NCBI GenBank assembly: GCA_049999805.1
Contig: JBNGIO010005972.1
Span: 1 to 50,215 of the forward strand
Length of the DNA: 50,215 bases
Source: Folioceros fuciformis
Taxonomy: Eukaryota
Reading direction: 5' to 3'
Both the position numbers and the translations under genes were made by a program. Below are positions 12,506-23,660 of the stretch, in pieces (the first letter of the stretch is position 1; each line of letters opens with the position of its first letter). The notes under the pieces are model-generated. The model saw nothing but the letters and a program-made list of their open reading frames with translations, was not told where the DNA came from and searched no databases.

Positions 12506-14385
12506 AGCACGGCAAACATGTCAAAGGCATAGGAAAATCAATGTAGATAACCCAAATGTAAGTTGGATGGCACTAATCTCAACTTGCAATCATCGACTAA
12601 AAAGGCATTAGGTGTTCACTCACCCTTACTTTGAAGCATAAATAGCTTAAGGTTCGAAAGCCAAGTACTAATGTCCAAAGTAATTACTGAGTTGGTGATA
12701 ATCCAAGCCATAGGAATGCCATTCATGTGGTCGTCGAACACTAGACAAGTGAATAATTAAAAGTACAAATTGTGCACGCCAAACATCATGTTAGTTTATT
12801 AACTTACTAACTTAATAAAATAATTGAACTTATGAGCTTAATTTTTTTAAACAAAATTAGCTTAAAATATAAATACCTAAACTAAAGTTTTGTGCTATTA
12901 CCTTCCATTGTTGGTTCAAAATGTGGTGTTCATGGTTATCAAGGACTTATGATTCACTTTAGCATCATTCTACGTTGAAATGGAGTTTGTATGCTAAGAA
13001 TAAAGTTTGGAGACAAACCTTGATCCTTATAGTACAATGGAAAATGCATTTCCAATGGAGGTCTTTCCACAAATGCACACTATCTGCGTCATTACTGTGT
13101 AGCCTCCAAGACCTTGCTTGCAACTCACTTTGAAAATTCCAAATGTCCTTCATAACCAAATAATCGTCCTATTGAAGTTGACATTAGATTAGTTGACATT
13201 AGAAGGATTAGCTTTCCTCTTGGCATAATCTTTAGCCACATGGTCTCCAAGAATATTATGTGGACTTAATTTGCAAAGCAACTTATGCTTTACTCACTCT
13301 CTTTTAGTGTTAGGGAAGGTGCTATTTGAAACTTAGTTAGCCCATCAAAATGTAAGAGCCCCTGACAAAAGTTATTATCACTATTAATATGGAACCAACC
13401 ATGTATATGAATTTGAGCAACAACAGGCCAAGGTACCAACCGACTAATGAAAAAAATAAATTGGCAATTATATTTCACGTTTTCACCAGCATTAACCCAG
13501 GCTTTTCTATTGCTTTTTTCCACTTTAGGTCGTATTGACATGTCTAACAAGAGCTCCTTGCTAGTCAGCCCTTTTGTTCTTAGGTCCATAAGCATACTCA
13601 TATTTTGTATATTCTACAGCGCTAGAGTTTGTGACTTTGTACATCCTTTGCAAGGGAGCTTTCTAATGCTCTCTTCTCACAAGCTTGGTTGGAAAAATGA
13701 AGTTATCCTGCTCTCCTTGCAAGAAATCATCTGTCTTGTTTGCCATAACATATGCCAACTTAATAGAAGACATTTTTTGGCGAATTGTATGAGTACTTAC
13801 AATCCACTATAAAGACTCTTTCCCAAATGCACCAAGTGGAGGATATTGGATGAGAAAGGTGCAACCCTCAAGAGTAGCATCTAGATCCAAGCTGGCCATT
13901 CTTTGCCTATGAGTTGATGCCAGGAATTTTTGGAAATAAATCAAAAGTCAGCATATGGCTACACCTAAAATCACCAAGTCATGACCTGTGAGCTGAGCAA
14001 CAATGGATTCATTAGAACAGAAATTAGAAAAGAGAAAGAGATCATTCATGGCAGCAACAAAGTACCTCAAAAATTAGGAAGGCAATGACATATCGTAGTG
14101 CAGAAGGATGATATAATTGTCTGCTGTGAGGGTTAAGTGTGCACAATGGTTTGATAGGAGGGCTCAATCTGCACAATGGTCAACTACAATCAGTGAACTA
14201 GCACCTTGGTTTGTTGCAATGCTTATAATCATACTTTGGCACAAGCATGGCAGCAACTAAAGCCAACCACAATGAACTCAGATGCACATTCCAAACCCAA
14301 GCATCCATACACTCTTACCAGTTTTCATGATTGTGGAGGTATAACAATAGCTAGATAGCAGGCATGGCCACTGCTACAAACAGCA

Positions 14386-14697
14386 GACACTTGTAAATTA
14401 TTACTGTCCAGCCCCAGCGCCTGCAAATTAGATCCCAACTCTAGCTTCAGTGCCTGCAAATTAGAGTCCAGCTCTAGCCCCAACACCTGCAAATTACAGT
14501 CCAGCTCCACCTCCAGCGCCTGCGGATTATAGTCCAACTCCAGCTTCAGTGCTTGCAAATCACAGTCCAGCTCCAAGCTGCAAAAGTTGAGGTGCTTGCA
14601 AACTATAGTCCAGCTCCAGCTTCGGTGCTTGCAAATCACAGTCTAGCTCCAAGCTGCAAAAGCTGAGGCGCTTGCAAAATGTAGTCTAGCTCCAAGT
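14386..14697. repeat. Degenerate ~33-bp tandem repeat (GTCCAGCTCCAGCTTCAGTGCTTGCAAATCACA-like) inside the MULE
   Basis: About 9 units visible. Reads SPAPxPxPANY on + and LELDCNLQAL on -. Confidence 0.85.
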
Positions 14698-14739
14698 TTC
14701 GAAGTTTTTTGCCTAAATAATGTGGGCGATGAAAGGCTT

Positions 14740-15035
14740 CAAAGTTTTGGCATGNNNNNNNNNNNNNNNNNNNNNNNNNNNNNNNNNNNNNNNNNNNNNN
14801 NNNNNNNNNNNNNNNNNNNNNNNNNNNNNNNNNNNNNNNNNNNNNNNNNNNNNNTTTGGCATGAGGAACGTGGGCGAGGTAAAAGAACAAGCTTCGAGAC
14901 TTTGGCATTTGGAACGTGGGCGAGGTAAAAGAACAAGATTCGAGACTTTGGCATGAGGAACGTGGGCGAGGTAAAAGAACAAGCTTCGAGACTTTGGCTA
15001 GAGGAACACGGGCGAGGAAAGTATTCGAAACATTG
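14740..15035 (+). repeat. Right subterminal tandem array of the MULE, 46-bp unit TTTGGCATGAGGAACGTGGGCGAGGTAAAAGAACAAGCTTCGAGAC (spans an N gap)
   Basis: Units start at 14855, 14901, 14947 and 14993. Confidence 0.9.
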
Positions 15036-15626
15036 GCACCCAGTTTGAGATACGATGTTTAATAAATATATGAGATACAAAATACAGACGCCTGGCCATG
15101 CACAAGGCCGGTGACCGGTGGTCTCGCACCGGCGTGCGCGACGGTGAAGAGCACGCCTGGCACGACGGGTGGCCTCATGGTATGCATGGGGCATGGGCAA
15201 GGATGGCATGTGGGTCGCTCACGTGCTTGGAAAGCCGTGCCTTATAAATAACTTTGTCAGGAGGTTTAGCATGAGCCCGCTCTGTGACGTCTGATGGCTG
15301 CCGTGCCCGAAACACCCTGCTACCCTTCCGACAACCCGTCGTGATGCGTGTCATCCCACGGCCTCTTGTACCGGCTCGGGCTCGAGCTCGTCCGTGAGTG
15401 ATCTTGCTTCGACCCTTCTTGGGCATGGACATCTGTCCCCGTTGCTGGGCCCACAGTGCAATGTTGGACAGAGCATACATGCACATATGTGCATATGTCT
15501 GCATTTGTTGTAGTGGACACGAGTGTAAGGAAAGCCTGTTCTTGCGGACTCCCGGGATCCTCCACCCTGTCTACACAGCACACGTGTTTCAAAAGTTTGC
15601 CGCAGTGCCGCCTACCATCGAACAAA

Positions 15627-15630
15627 CCTG

Positions 15631-15673
<43 letters not shown>

Positions 15674-15712
15674 CCCTGGCCCTGGCCCTGGCTCTGGCTC
15701 TGGCCCTGGCCC
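15627..15712 (+). repeat. (CTCTGG/CCCTGG)n hexanucleotide microsatellite
   Basis: About 14 direct hexamer units, ~340 bp upstream of the PPO copy 3 ATG. Confidence 0.95.
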
Positions 15713-16050
15713 ACTAGCCCAGGCTGGGCCCCAGAGTTCGTTCTCGTGTTCAGGGACCCTGGCCAGGACCAGGAAGAAAGACGCGGGCCCATTGGAAGGC
15801 GACTAGAGAGAGATGAAGAATCACGACTGGTAGGCAGCACCAACAGTAAGTTATGCAGCGTGACCCCGAGAGTGACCATGGCGGAGTTTCCCTCCGAGTG
15901 TGGCCACATGGCGCACACAATTGCATAATGTCACACGACTACGCTGGGGCAAGCCCTGTGAGAAAAGCTGTCATTGCACGAGGAGCTAGCTACTTGGCTT
16001 ACACAATCTTCACTGCTCAAGGGAGTGGAAACTGTGAGCGGAAAACAGCC

Positions 16051-17490
16051 ATGGTGTGCAGGACCACCCTGCTGCTCCTGCTCTTGGCCATGGCCATCGG
16101 GGCAGCAGCCGCTCCCCTGGAGGCTGACTTCTGGAACTGCAACCCCAACCCGGCCTGGCCCGACAGAAATGGTAATCTACACCCAAATTGCTGCAAGCTG
16201 GAGGCGCTCATGCGCAAGCCCAAGCCGCTGTACAAGACATGGCATCAGTATTTGGAGAAGCACCCACTTCCCAAGCAGCCCAGGGTGCGGCAGGCCGCGC
16301 ATCTGGTGGCCAACAACGACACCTACCTGCGGCAGCTGGACCTAGCGTACCAGCGGCTCAAGGCGCTTCCTGATTCCAACCCCATTTCCGAATTCAACAT
16401 CATGAACCTGCACTGCGTCTACGGCTCGCCTGGAGTGATAAAGCAGGCCAACCTCACCGACCGCCTCTACCTAGTGCACAACAGCTGGACTTTCTTCCCA
16501 TTTCATCGCTGGTACTCACCCTGCTTTGTTTGCAAGCATTGCAATTGAATTTGGCCTTCAAGCTGCTGTGCACGAATTTGAGAACCTCCTGTGTAGGTTT
16601 ACTTTCTTCTTCGAGAGGACCCTCGCCAAGTTGGTGGGAGATGATAACTTTGCTCTGCCCTTCTGGAACTGGGACAATCAGAGTCCCGATTATGAGCATC
16701 TTCCCAACACCATGCCCCTCTTCTTCCGAGATCCCGTCAAGTACCCCGGGCTCTACTCCAAGTATCGGGATGTCCGCCACCAGCCTGGAGCTCCGCCTGC
16801 AGTGGTCAACCTCATTCTGGATGACGTGCGTTCCGCAGGCACTAAAACTGCGGTTACGCCTGAAGAGATGGCTCGACAGCGCGCCATCAACAACGCGCAT
16901 TTGCATAACCTGATTGTGGAAAGGACTGCCACTGGCGAGAGGCACCCCTTCTTGTCCTACCCGATTCACCATGGGGAGGAACTCCCACACCCCGAAGGCT
17001 GGAACGACATTTTCGAGCTGCAGGCGCACATTGCTGTGCATTTCTGGACGGGAGATAGCAGTATGTACTATGCCGACATGGGTGTGATCTACCACGGCCC
17101 CAGGGATCCCCTCTTCTTCGTACATCACGCAAACGTGGATAGAATGTGGAATGTGTGGCTGGTAAGGACCTTCAGTTTTTCTGTTGAACGATTTGCAGCT
17201 CTTTGCCCATACCAGCATAGTTTCTGAATAATTATGTGTCCTATGAGTTGTGTGTGTTGCAGGGACTGGAGGGCAGGAGCAACTACGATGAGCCAGACTT
17301 CCTGGATGCTGCTTTCTTTTTCTACGATGAGGATGGCGAAATTGTTAGAGTAACTGTGGCCGAAGGTCTTCATAATGAATTGCTTGGATACACGTACCAA
17401 GAGGTTGAAAATCCATGGGTCACCTACGATGCCTCGGCTGATCCAGATTTTTCGCTTCACACCACTTCTCTTGGGCATGTCCAAGCTTGA
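16051..17490 (+). CDS. PPO: Polyphenol oxidase copy 3, ~417 aa; exons 16051-16511, 16597-17161, 17263-17490
   Basis: Signal peptide MVCRTTLLLLLLAMAIGAAA; HCVYG; VHNSWTFFPFHRW; AHIAVH; RDPLFFVHHANVDRMW. Same two intron positions as copies 1 and 2. Confidence 0.93.
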
Positions 17491-19021
17491 TTTGTTAGCC
17501 TTCTTATACCAAGTCCGGCAGTGTATACTTATCCGGATCGTCATGTTTTTCAAACCACAGAACGGACCGAAAAAAAGAGAACTGTAAACCACGTAAGTCC
17601 TCTTCCAAGTACAGAGCTCAGCCTGGTATCTACCATTGTTCTGATTTGGAAGGTTCAAACACCTTGCACTCCAGACGCATCCACACCTTTCGCTCCGATG
17701 ACTGTTGTAGAACACAGTGAAGACACGCTTTGCAGACTATAAGAAATCGAATGAGCTGCGTATTTGGCTTTAGTTGGTGACGATGATGCTACAACCAGGT
17801 CACCCAAGCAGCTGATGCCACCCACGACCCATACACGCTAACTGCCGCCTGCAGTTGAGAAAGAACAGAATAGCATTCGCACTGTGCTCTTCTTTCACCT
17901 TAAGGAATTCGAGTCGAATCACAATTATGGCCTCCAAGATTCGGAGTATGTCTCTTCTCTCTTCCCCTGCCTCCTTCCCTGTCCGGTGCCAAGCTGTTTG
18001 TCGGACTTACTGCTCGGCATATGGAGTCGGACGTGACACAAGTACTCATGCATGCACCTTTGAACCACAAGCCATTATGGTCTTGTTTGTTTTGCATCAT
18101 CCCTGTTACTTTTGGAAGAACTCCATTTGGCTACCATGTAACATTGCATGTACAGTCTACTTTGCAACAACATCAGCTGCTGAAAAGTTCCCGGGTCGTG
18201 GAAATGCTCCAGCCAGAGGGACATCACACCTTTCTGAGGCGGAGTTGGAAGCCATAATTCGAAGCTGGGCCTTGAGCAATTTCAACCTTACCAGGCTGCT
18301 TAGACCAGCAACCTTCACGGCTCCGAGGCCAGTGCCATTTGAGCGCAAAAAACAGACCTCTAAACACAAGAGCGTAAATGCATCTTTGTCTTGATGCATC
18401 AACGTGAGGATGCATTGTTGCCCACCGGCTATCCGTCGCCGAAGTTTAACAAGCCTATACAACATGTGCGACTCGCTGGCCGGGGTCTTCTCTCCCTTCC
18501 CGGGAAAGTGCTTTTTGTCCGCGGTGAGCAACATGACTTGTTTCGTTATCCCACGCAATACGGGCACTTACAAACCAAAAAAAAAGGCCATGGGTGCCAC
18601 TTTTGAAGAGGAACCAACTCGGGCAGTAGAGACGGACGTGGAAAGGTTAGAGAGGCTTGCGCAAGATGAGGATTATCTGAATGCAGCCCGTATATCTGAA
18701 TGCAGTCCGCAACAAACTTCATGCCAAGCGGATTCGATCAACAACCTTTGATCTTCACATCGACAACCTTCACATCCAGCAAGTTACATAACAATAATGC
18801 ACAGATACGTGAGGTAAACGAAGCGTGGATGAAGTCCTTGGTTAGATAGATGCAATCATGGTCGGCATTTTGCCTCTGTTATGTATGATAGATCCAAACA
18901 GGCATCTCAGAAAGAATATGTTTCGATGACAAGATCACAATGCAACAATATCATATTGGGGGTGCTTGGAAGAAACCACTGAACACCCTAAACACCAGCT
19001 GGGAACATCTGGTGCAGAAGC

Positions 19022-22000
19022 TGAAGGATTGTTAGGGGAACCACATGATGAAGGAGGAGAGGAGAAAGCAAGGTCTCTTACTCTATTGAAAGGGAGCTCA
19101 AGAGGGTATTTATACGCTCTAGAAGAGCTCCAAGGAAGCTTCACAAGAAGTTCACAGGAAGCTGCGCAAGAAGCTTCCTAAAGATTAGCTTAAACTAATC
19201 TAAACAAATTATACTTAATTAGACACTTATCTTAGACTAAACACATTGGGCTTTAATAACCCTACAACCTCCCACTTAAAGGGTAATTTACCTTCATAGG
19301 AGAGTGGTCTACCTCATGCCCATGAGTGTCTGAGCTTGTGCGAATTGCTCCGTAGAGAGCCCCTTCGTAAGAATATTTGCAGGGTTCTAACTGGTGTGAA
19401 CTTTAACAAGTTGTACCTCTTCTCTTCCAACACCTCTCGAATGAAGTAATACTTCACTTCCACATGTTTGGTCTTCGCATGAAACACTGGATTCTTCGCT
19501 AATTGGATAGAACTCTGGCTATCACAATGCAACACTGGCAGCTCAACCTTGATCCTTAAATTTCCCACTAAACGAGCAAGCCGCATGGCTTCCTTGCAAG
19601 CCTCAGTCGCTGCAACATACTCGGCCTCCGTGGTAGATAGTGTTATGCACGATTGCAAACGAGATCGCCATGAGACTGCCCCTTCAGTGCACATGCAGAC
19701 ATAACCTGGTGTGGACCTCCTTTTGTCCATGTCCCCTACATAATCAGCATTTGTATATCCAAGGACAGATGCATCTTCACTACCAACATATGCACAAAGC
19801 TTTTGTACCATTTAAATACCTCATATCTCTTTTTACTGCCTCCCAATACTTCTTGCCAGGGTTTGACATAAACCTGCTAACCACTCCCACTGCAAAAGCA
19901 ATGTCAGGATGTGCAGCAATCATTGCATACATCAAACTCCCTATAGTTGATGAGTATGGAACCTTCTCCATTTCAGCTTTGTCCTCCAAAGAGCTTGGGC
20001 AATCCTTGCTTGAAAGTTTCACATATGGAGGCAACGGAGTATGCAATACCTTCCTCTTCTCCATGTTGAAACGTTGAAGCACCATGTTAACGTATTTAGT
20101 CTGAGACAAGTAAAGCAAATGCTTATGTCTGTCTCGACGAATACGCATACCAAGAATATGGCTGGCCTCTCCCAAGTCTGTCATGTCAAAGTGAGTGTTC
20201 AACTTTGACTTCAATGCTCAAATCTCATCACTATTATTCCCAGCAATTAACATATCATCCACATAGAGGACCAAAATGAGCAAGCTTCCATCCTTAGCTT
20301 GCTTCGTATAGAGGCAATGATCCTCATCGCTACGTTTGTAGCCTTGAGAAAACATAAATGAGTGGAACTTGTAATACCACTCTCTGGGTGCCTGTTTCAA
20401 ACCATAAAAGGCTCTTCTTTAACCTGCACACTAGATTCTCTCTACCCTTCTAAATGAAACCCTCTAGTTGCTGCATGTATACCTCTTCTTGGAGATTACC
20501 ATTCAGAAATGTTGACTTCACATCCATCTGGACAAGTTCCATGTCATTCCTCGCAACCAGAGCAAGAACACATCCGCAAAGTGGTCATTTTAACAATTGG
20601 TGAGAACATCTCATCAAAGTCAATACCTTGCTGTTGCTTAAACCCCTTAGCAACCAATCATGCCTTGTACTTGGGTTTGCTATTATGAAATATGACCTTC
20701 ATCTTATACACCCATTTGCATGGCAATGCCTTCTTATCCCTAGGCAATCGAACCAACTCCCAAGTTTGGTTTTTATGGAGCGAATCCATCTTCGACTGCA
20801 TCGCCTTCTCCCACTTGCCCTTGTCAGTCACTGACATGGCCTCTTTATAACAAGAGGGCTCCCCACAATCCGTCAGCATCACATAATCAAGAGATGCAAC
20901 ATACCTGTCAGGACGACATGAAATCCTTCTTGACCTACAAAGCATAGGCGCCTCGACCGGAGCTGGTCTCTTCTTCTACAAATGGAGGAACGGGTTCCTG
21001 TACATCACAACGTTCAACCTGCCTGTGACGGTCAAGTCCATCTCCTTGGAAGACCACCCGTCACACTTCCACAATTGGAATAGGCTTCTTGTGCATTTTA
21101 TTCTCATTGAAGAACACTTCATTGCTGCAAACAACCTTCTTGGCTTCTGGATCCCATAAACGGTATCCCATCTCAACAGAGTCACCATAGCCAAGAAAAA
21201 TACATTTTTTTGGACTTGGGTGTCAACTTGTCTTTTGGAACATAATAGTATGCCTCACAACCAAACACTCGTAGATGCTTGTAAGACAGCTTCTTTCCAG
21301 ACCACAGCTTCTCGGGAACCTGTTCATCCACAGCCTTATTAGGAGATCTGTTAATAGGATGCATCGCAGTAGACACTACTTCTGCCCAAATGCGTTAGGC
21401 AATCCAGAGTTTGACAACAAACTACGCATCCTCTCCTAGATGGTCCTGTTCATCCGTTCAGCCACACCATTCTTGGGAGGAGTATACAAGGCAGTCAATT
21501 CTCTCTTGATTCCCTTGGAATAACAGAATGACTGAAAAGCCTTCGAAACATACTCTCTACCATTGTCTGTCCTTAGACACTTTAGTTGGAGGCTAGACTA
21601 ATTCCCCACAAGGATGACAAATTTCTGAAACACTGTCGGAACATCGTCCTTTTTCCTCAAAGGATAAACCCACACCTTGCATAAGAAATCATCTATGAAA
21701 GTGACAAAATAGGATGCACCGCCTAATGATGCAATGAGCATAGGTCCACAAATGTCACTATGAACCATTTCAAGAGGTTTACTTTTATGTTTACATCTTG
21801 CTCCATGTGGTGATTTTGTCTATTTCCCATACAAACAGTGCTCATACGCGGAGAAATCGGAGAAGTAAAAAGTAGGGACGTAACCAAAACGAGATAACAT
21901 CTTCATTCCTTTTTGAGGCATATGTCCTGACCAACAATGCCACAAGAAAACATTTGGCTGTTCTGTTACACAAATCACATGATCCTTGACAGTGGTCACT

Positions 22001-23660
22001 TGAAGTGAGTACAAAGTGCCACACTTCGATTTATGAGCTAACACAAGAGAACCTTTGGAGATCTTCCAAGAATGATCCCCAAACCAACAGTGGTAGCCTG
22101 TGTCATCTAACTACCTTGCGCTAATCATGCTTTTTGTTAACTTTGGAACATGCCTAATATCCTTCAGTATGGATGAAGATCCATTGTCAAACTTCAACTG
22201 CACATCACCAATGCCTGCAATCTCGCATGCGTACAACAGAATTCACCTCGTCACCCGACCCGAAACAAAAAGAGTATCATGGCCGGAGACAATGATAACA
22301 TTCAACATTGTTACAACTATGAGATTTGCTATGGGAAAAGGCTTCGCTCCTTTTGCTTCCCCTTTGAAGTGGACCTTCTTCTCACCATGAGGGCATTGGA
22401 ACCTTTTGAAGGTTCCATATTCTTCCTGTTCACCTTTTTTGCTAACAGGCTACCTTCTACATTTACAATGGTGAGACCACTGGCAGGAGCAGAATTACTC
22501 AGAGCTATACGAAAGGTGTCCCAACTCTCTGGTAATGTGACCAACAGAAGTATAGCTCTGAGTAATCTAGGAACGAGATACCTTGAGATGAGAGCTGGTT
22601 GAAAATGGTATTGAACTCATTCAGATGATCGGACATCTTCGTCCCTTCCTTCATCTTTAAGTCCACTAATTGTTTCAACTAGTACACATGAGAAGCCGCA
22701 CTTTGCTTCTCATACAGGTCACACAACTTCTACCACAACTCATAACTTGTGGTCTTGAACTTTTACATTGAAGTAGACTGACTTCGACAATGTTACCATG
22801 ATGGTAGATCTAGCAAGCTCATCTAGATCCTACTACTCATACTGAGTCATGCTAACAGGTTTCACACCTAACAACTTTATGGGCTTGATCTGCTTTTACA
22901 CTTGTTCTTTCCAGAACGGGAAGTTAGTTCCATCTAACTTCTCAATATTGAACATAATGTTTTCTGAGGATGTTATCCTTTAAAATCGATGCAAATGAAA
23001 CAAAGGCTAGTTAGAAACGGTCTAAATGTAATGTAGATTCTGAAAGTTACCCTTATGGTAATCACGCCTTGTTCTAGATCGGCTAACACAACTTGTAGAC
23101 CTCAAACCATCGTACGAGTCTGTGCACAATCTCGACGATCAGCACCACCGTTCTTGCCATGACCAAACGCACTATTTTTGCTGCTTTGCAGCGTTCGGAA
23201 CCCCATGACAGCCTTCCTCCTTCGCAGCATCAGCTGCCCTCTGACGCCGGTCACCTTGGACCTGACTCGGTTTGACGCCTCGCAGTCTGCACCGCGGCGA
23301 CCTAATGTCCTAATCACTGCGATCCACACACAAGGGTTCAAACGGCCTAGCACCTATAGCCATCACCCTCTTGCTCCACAACCTTTGCTCTGATACCAGC
23401 TGAAGGATCGCTAGGAGAGCCACATGATGAAGGAGGAGAGGAGAAAGCAAAGTCTCTCACTCTATTGCAAGGGAGCTCAAGAGAGTATTTATACCCTCTA
23501 GAAGAGCTCCCAAGCAAGCTTCACAAGAAGCTCACAGGAAGCTGCGTAAGAAGCTTCTTAAATATTAGTTTAAGCTAATCTAAAAAAATCATACTTACCT
23601 AGACACTAATCTTAGATTAAACACATTAGTCTAAGCACATTGGACTTTAATAAGCCTACA
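19022..23660 (-). mobile_element. Full-length degenerate Ty1/copia LTR retrotransposon
   Basis: LTRs at 19022-19266 and 23401-23660 (TG...CA, roughly 10% diverged by eye). tRNA-iMet PBS TGGTATCAGAGC on minus at 23387-23398; PPT next to 19267. gag (TLPESWDTF), GAG-pre-integrase, integrase, RT (LYVDDML) and RNase H (ITLSTTEAEY, HCDSQS) remnants with stops and frameshifts. Confidence 0.95.

Larger units (their letters stand above)
8700..13600 (-). pseudogene. Fragmented MULE/SWIM transposase: N-terminal and DDE parts at ~12505-13600, C-terminal and SWIM parts at ~9555-9630 and ~8700-8873
   Basis: Minus-strand peptides: CQFIFFISRL...HINSDNNFCQG; SNDADSVHLW; FILSIQTPFQ; LFTCLVFDDHMNGIPMAWII; PNAFLVDDC; IFLCL*HVCRA; SWIM finger CNCPYAM*GFICNHQGKV. 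Many stops and frameshifts. Confidence 0.8.
6765..15277 (-). mobile_element. Mutator-like (MULE) DNA transposon, degenerate, 8.5 kb, with nested insertions
   Basis: ~160-bp imperfect TIRs (6765-~6925 starting GGCCCATGCTGAACC; ~15114-15277 ending GGTTTAGCATGAGCC). 9-bp TSD CGCTCTACG (6756-6764) vs CGCTCTGTG (15278-15286), 7/9 match. Internal transposase remnants are on the minus strand. Confidence 0.85.

Noticed and set aside
15398-15928. ORFs with WL/WP, GS/GP or QS/QG dipeptide runs
   Set aside because: They are translations of the hexamer microsatellite.
17855-18830. Possible gene remnant left of the copia element
   Set aside because: Short ORFs with no recognisable domain and no consistent splice model.
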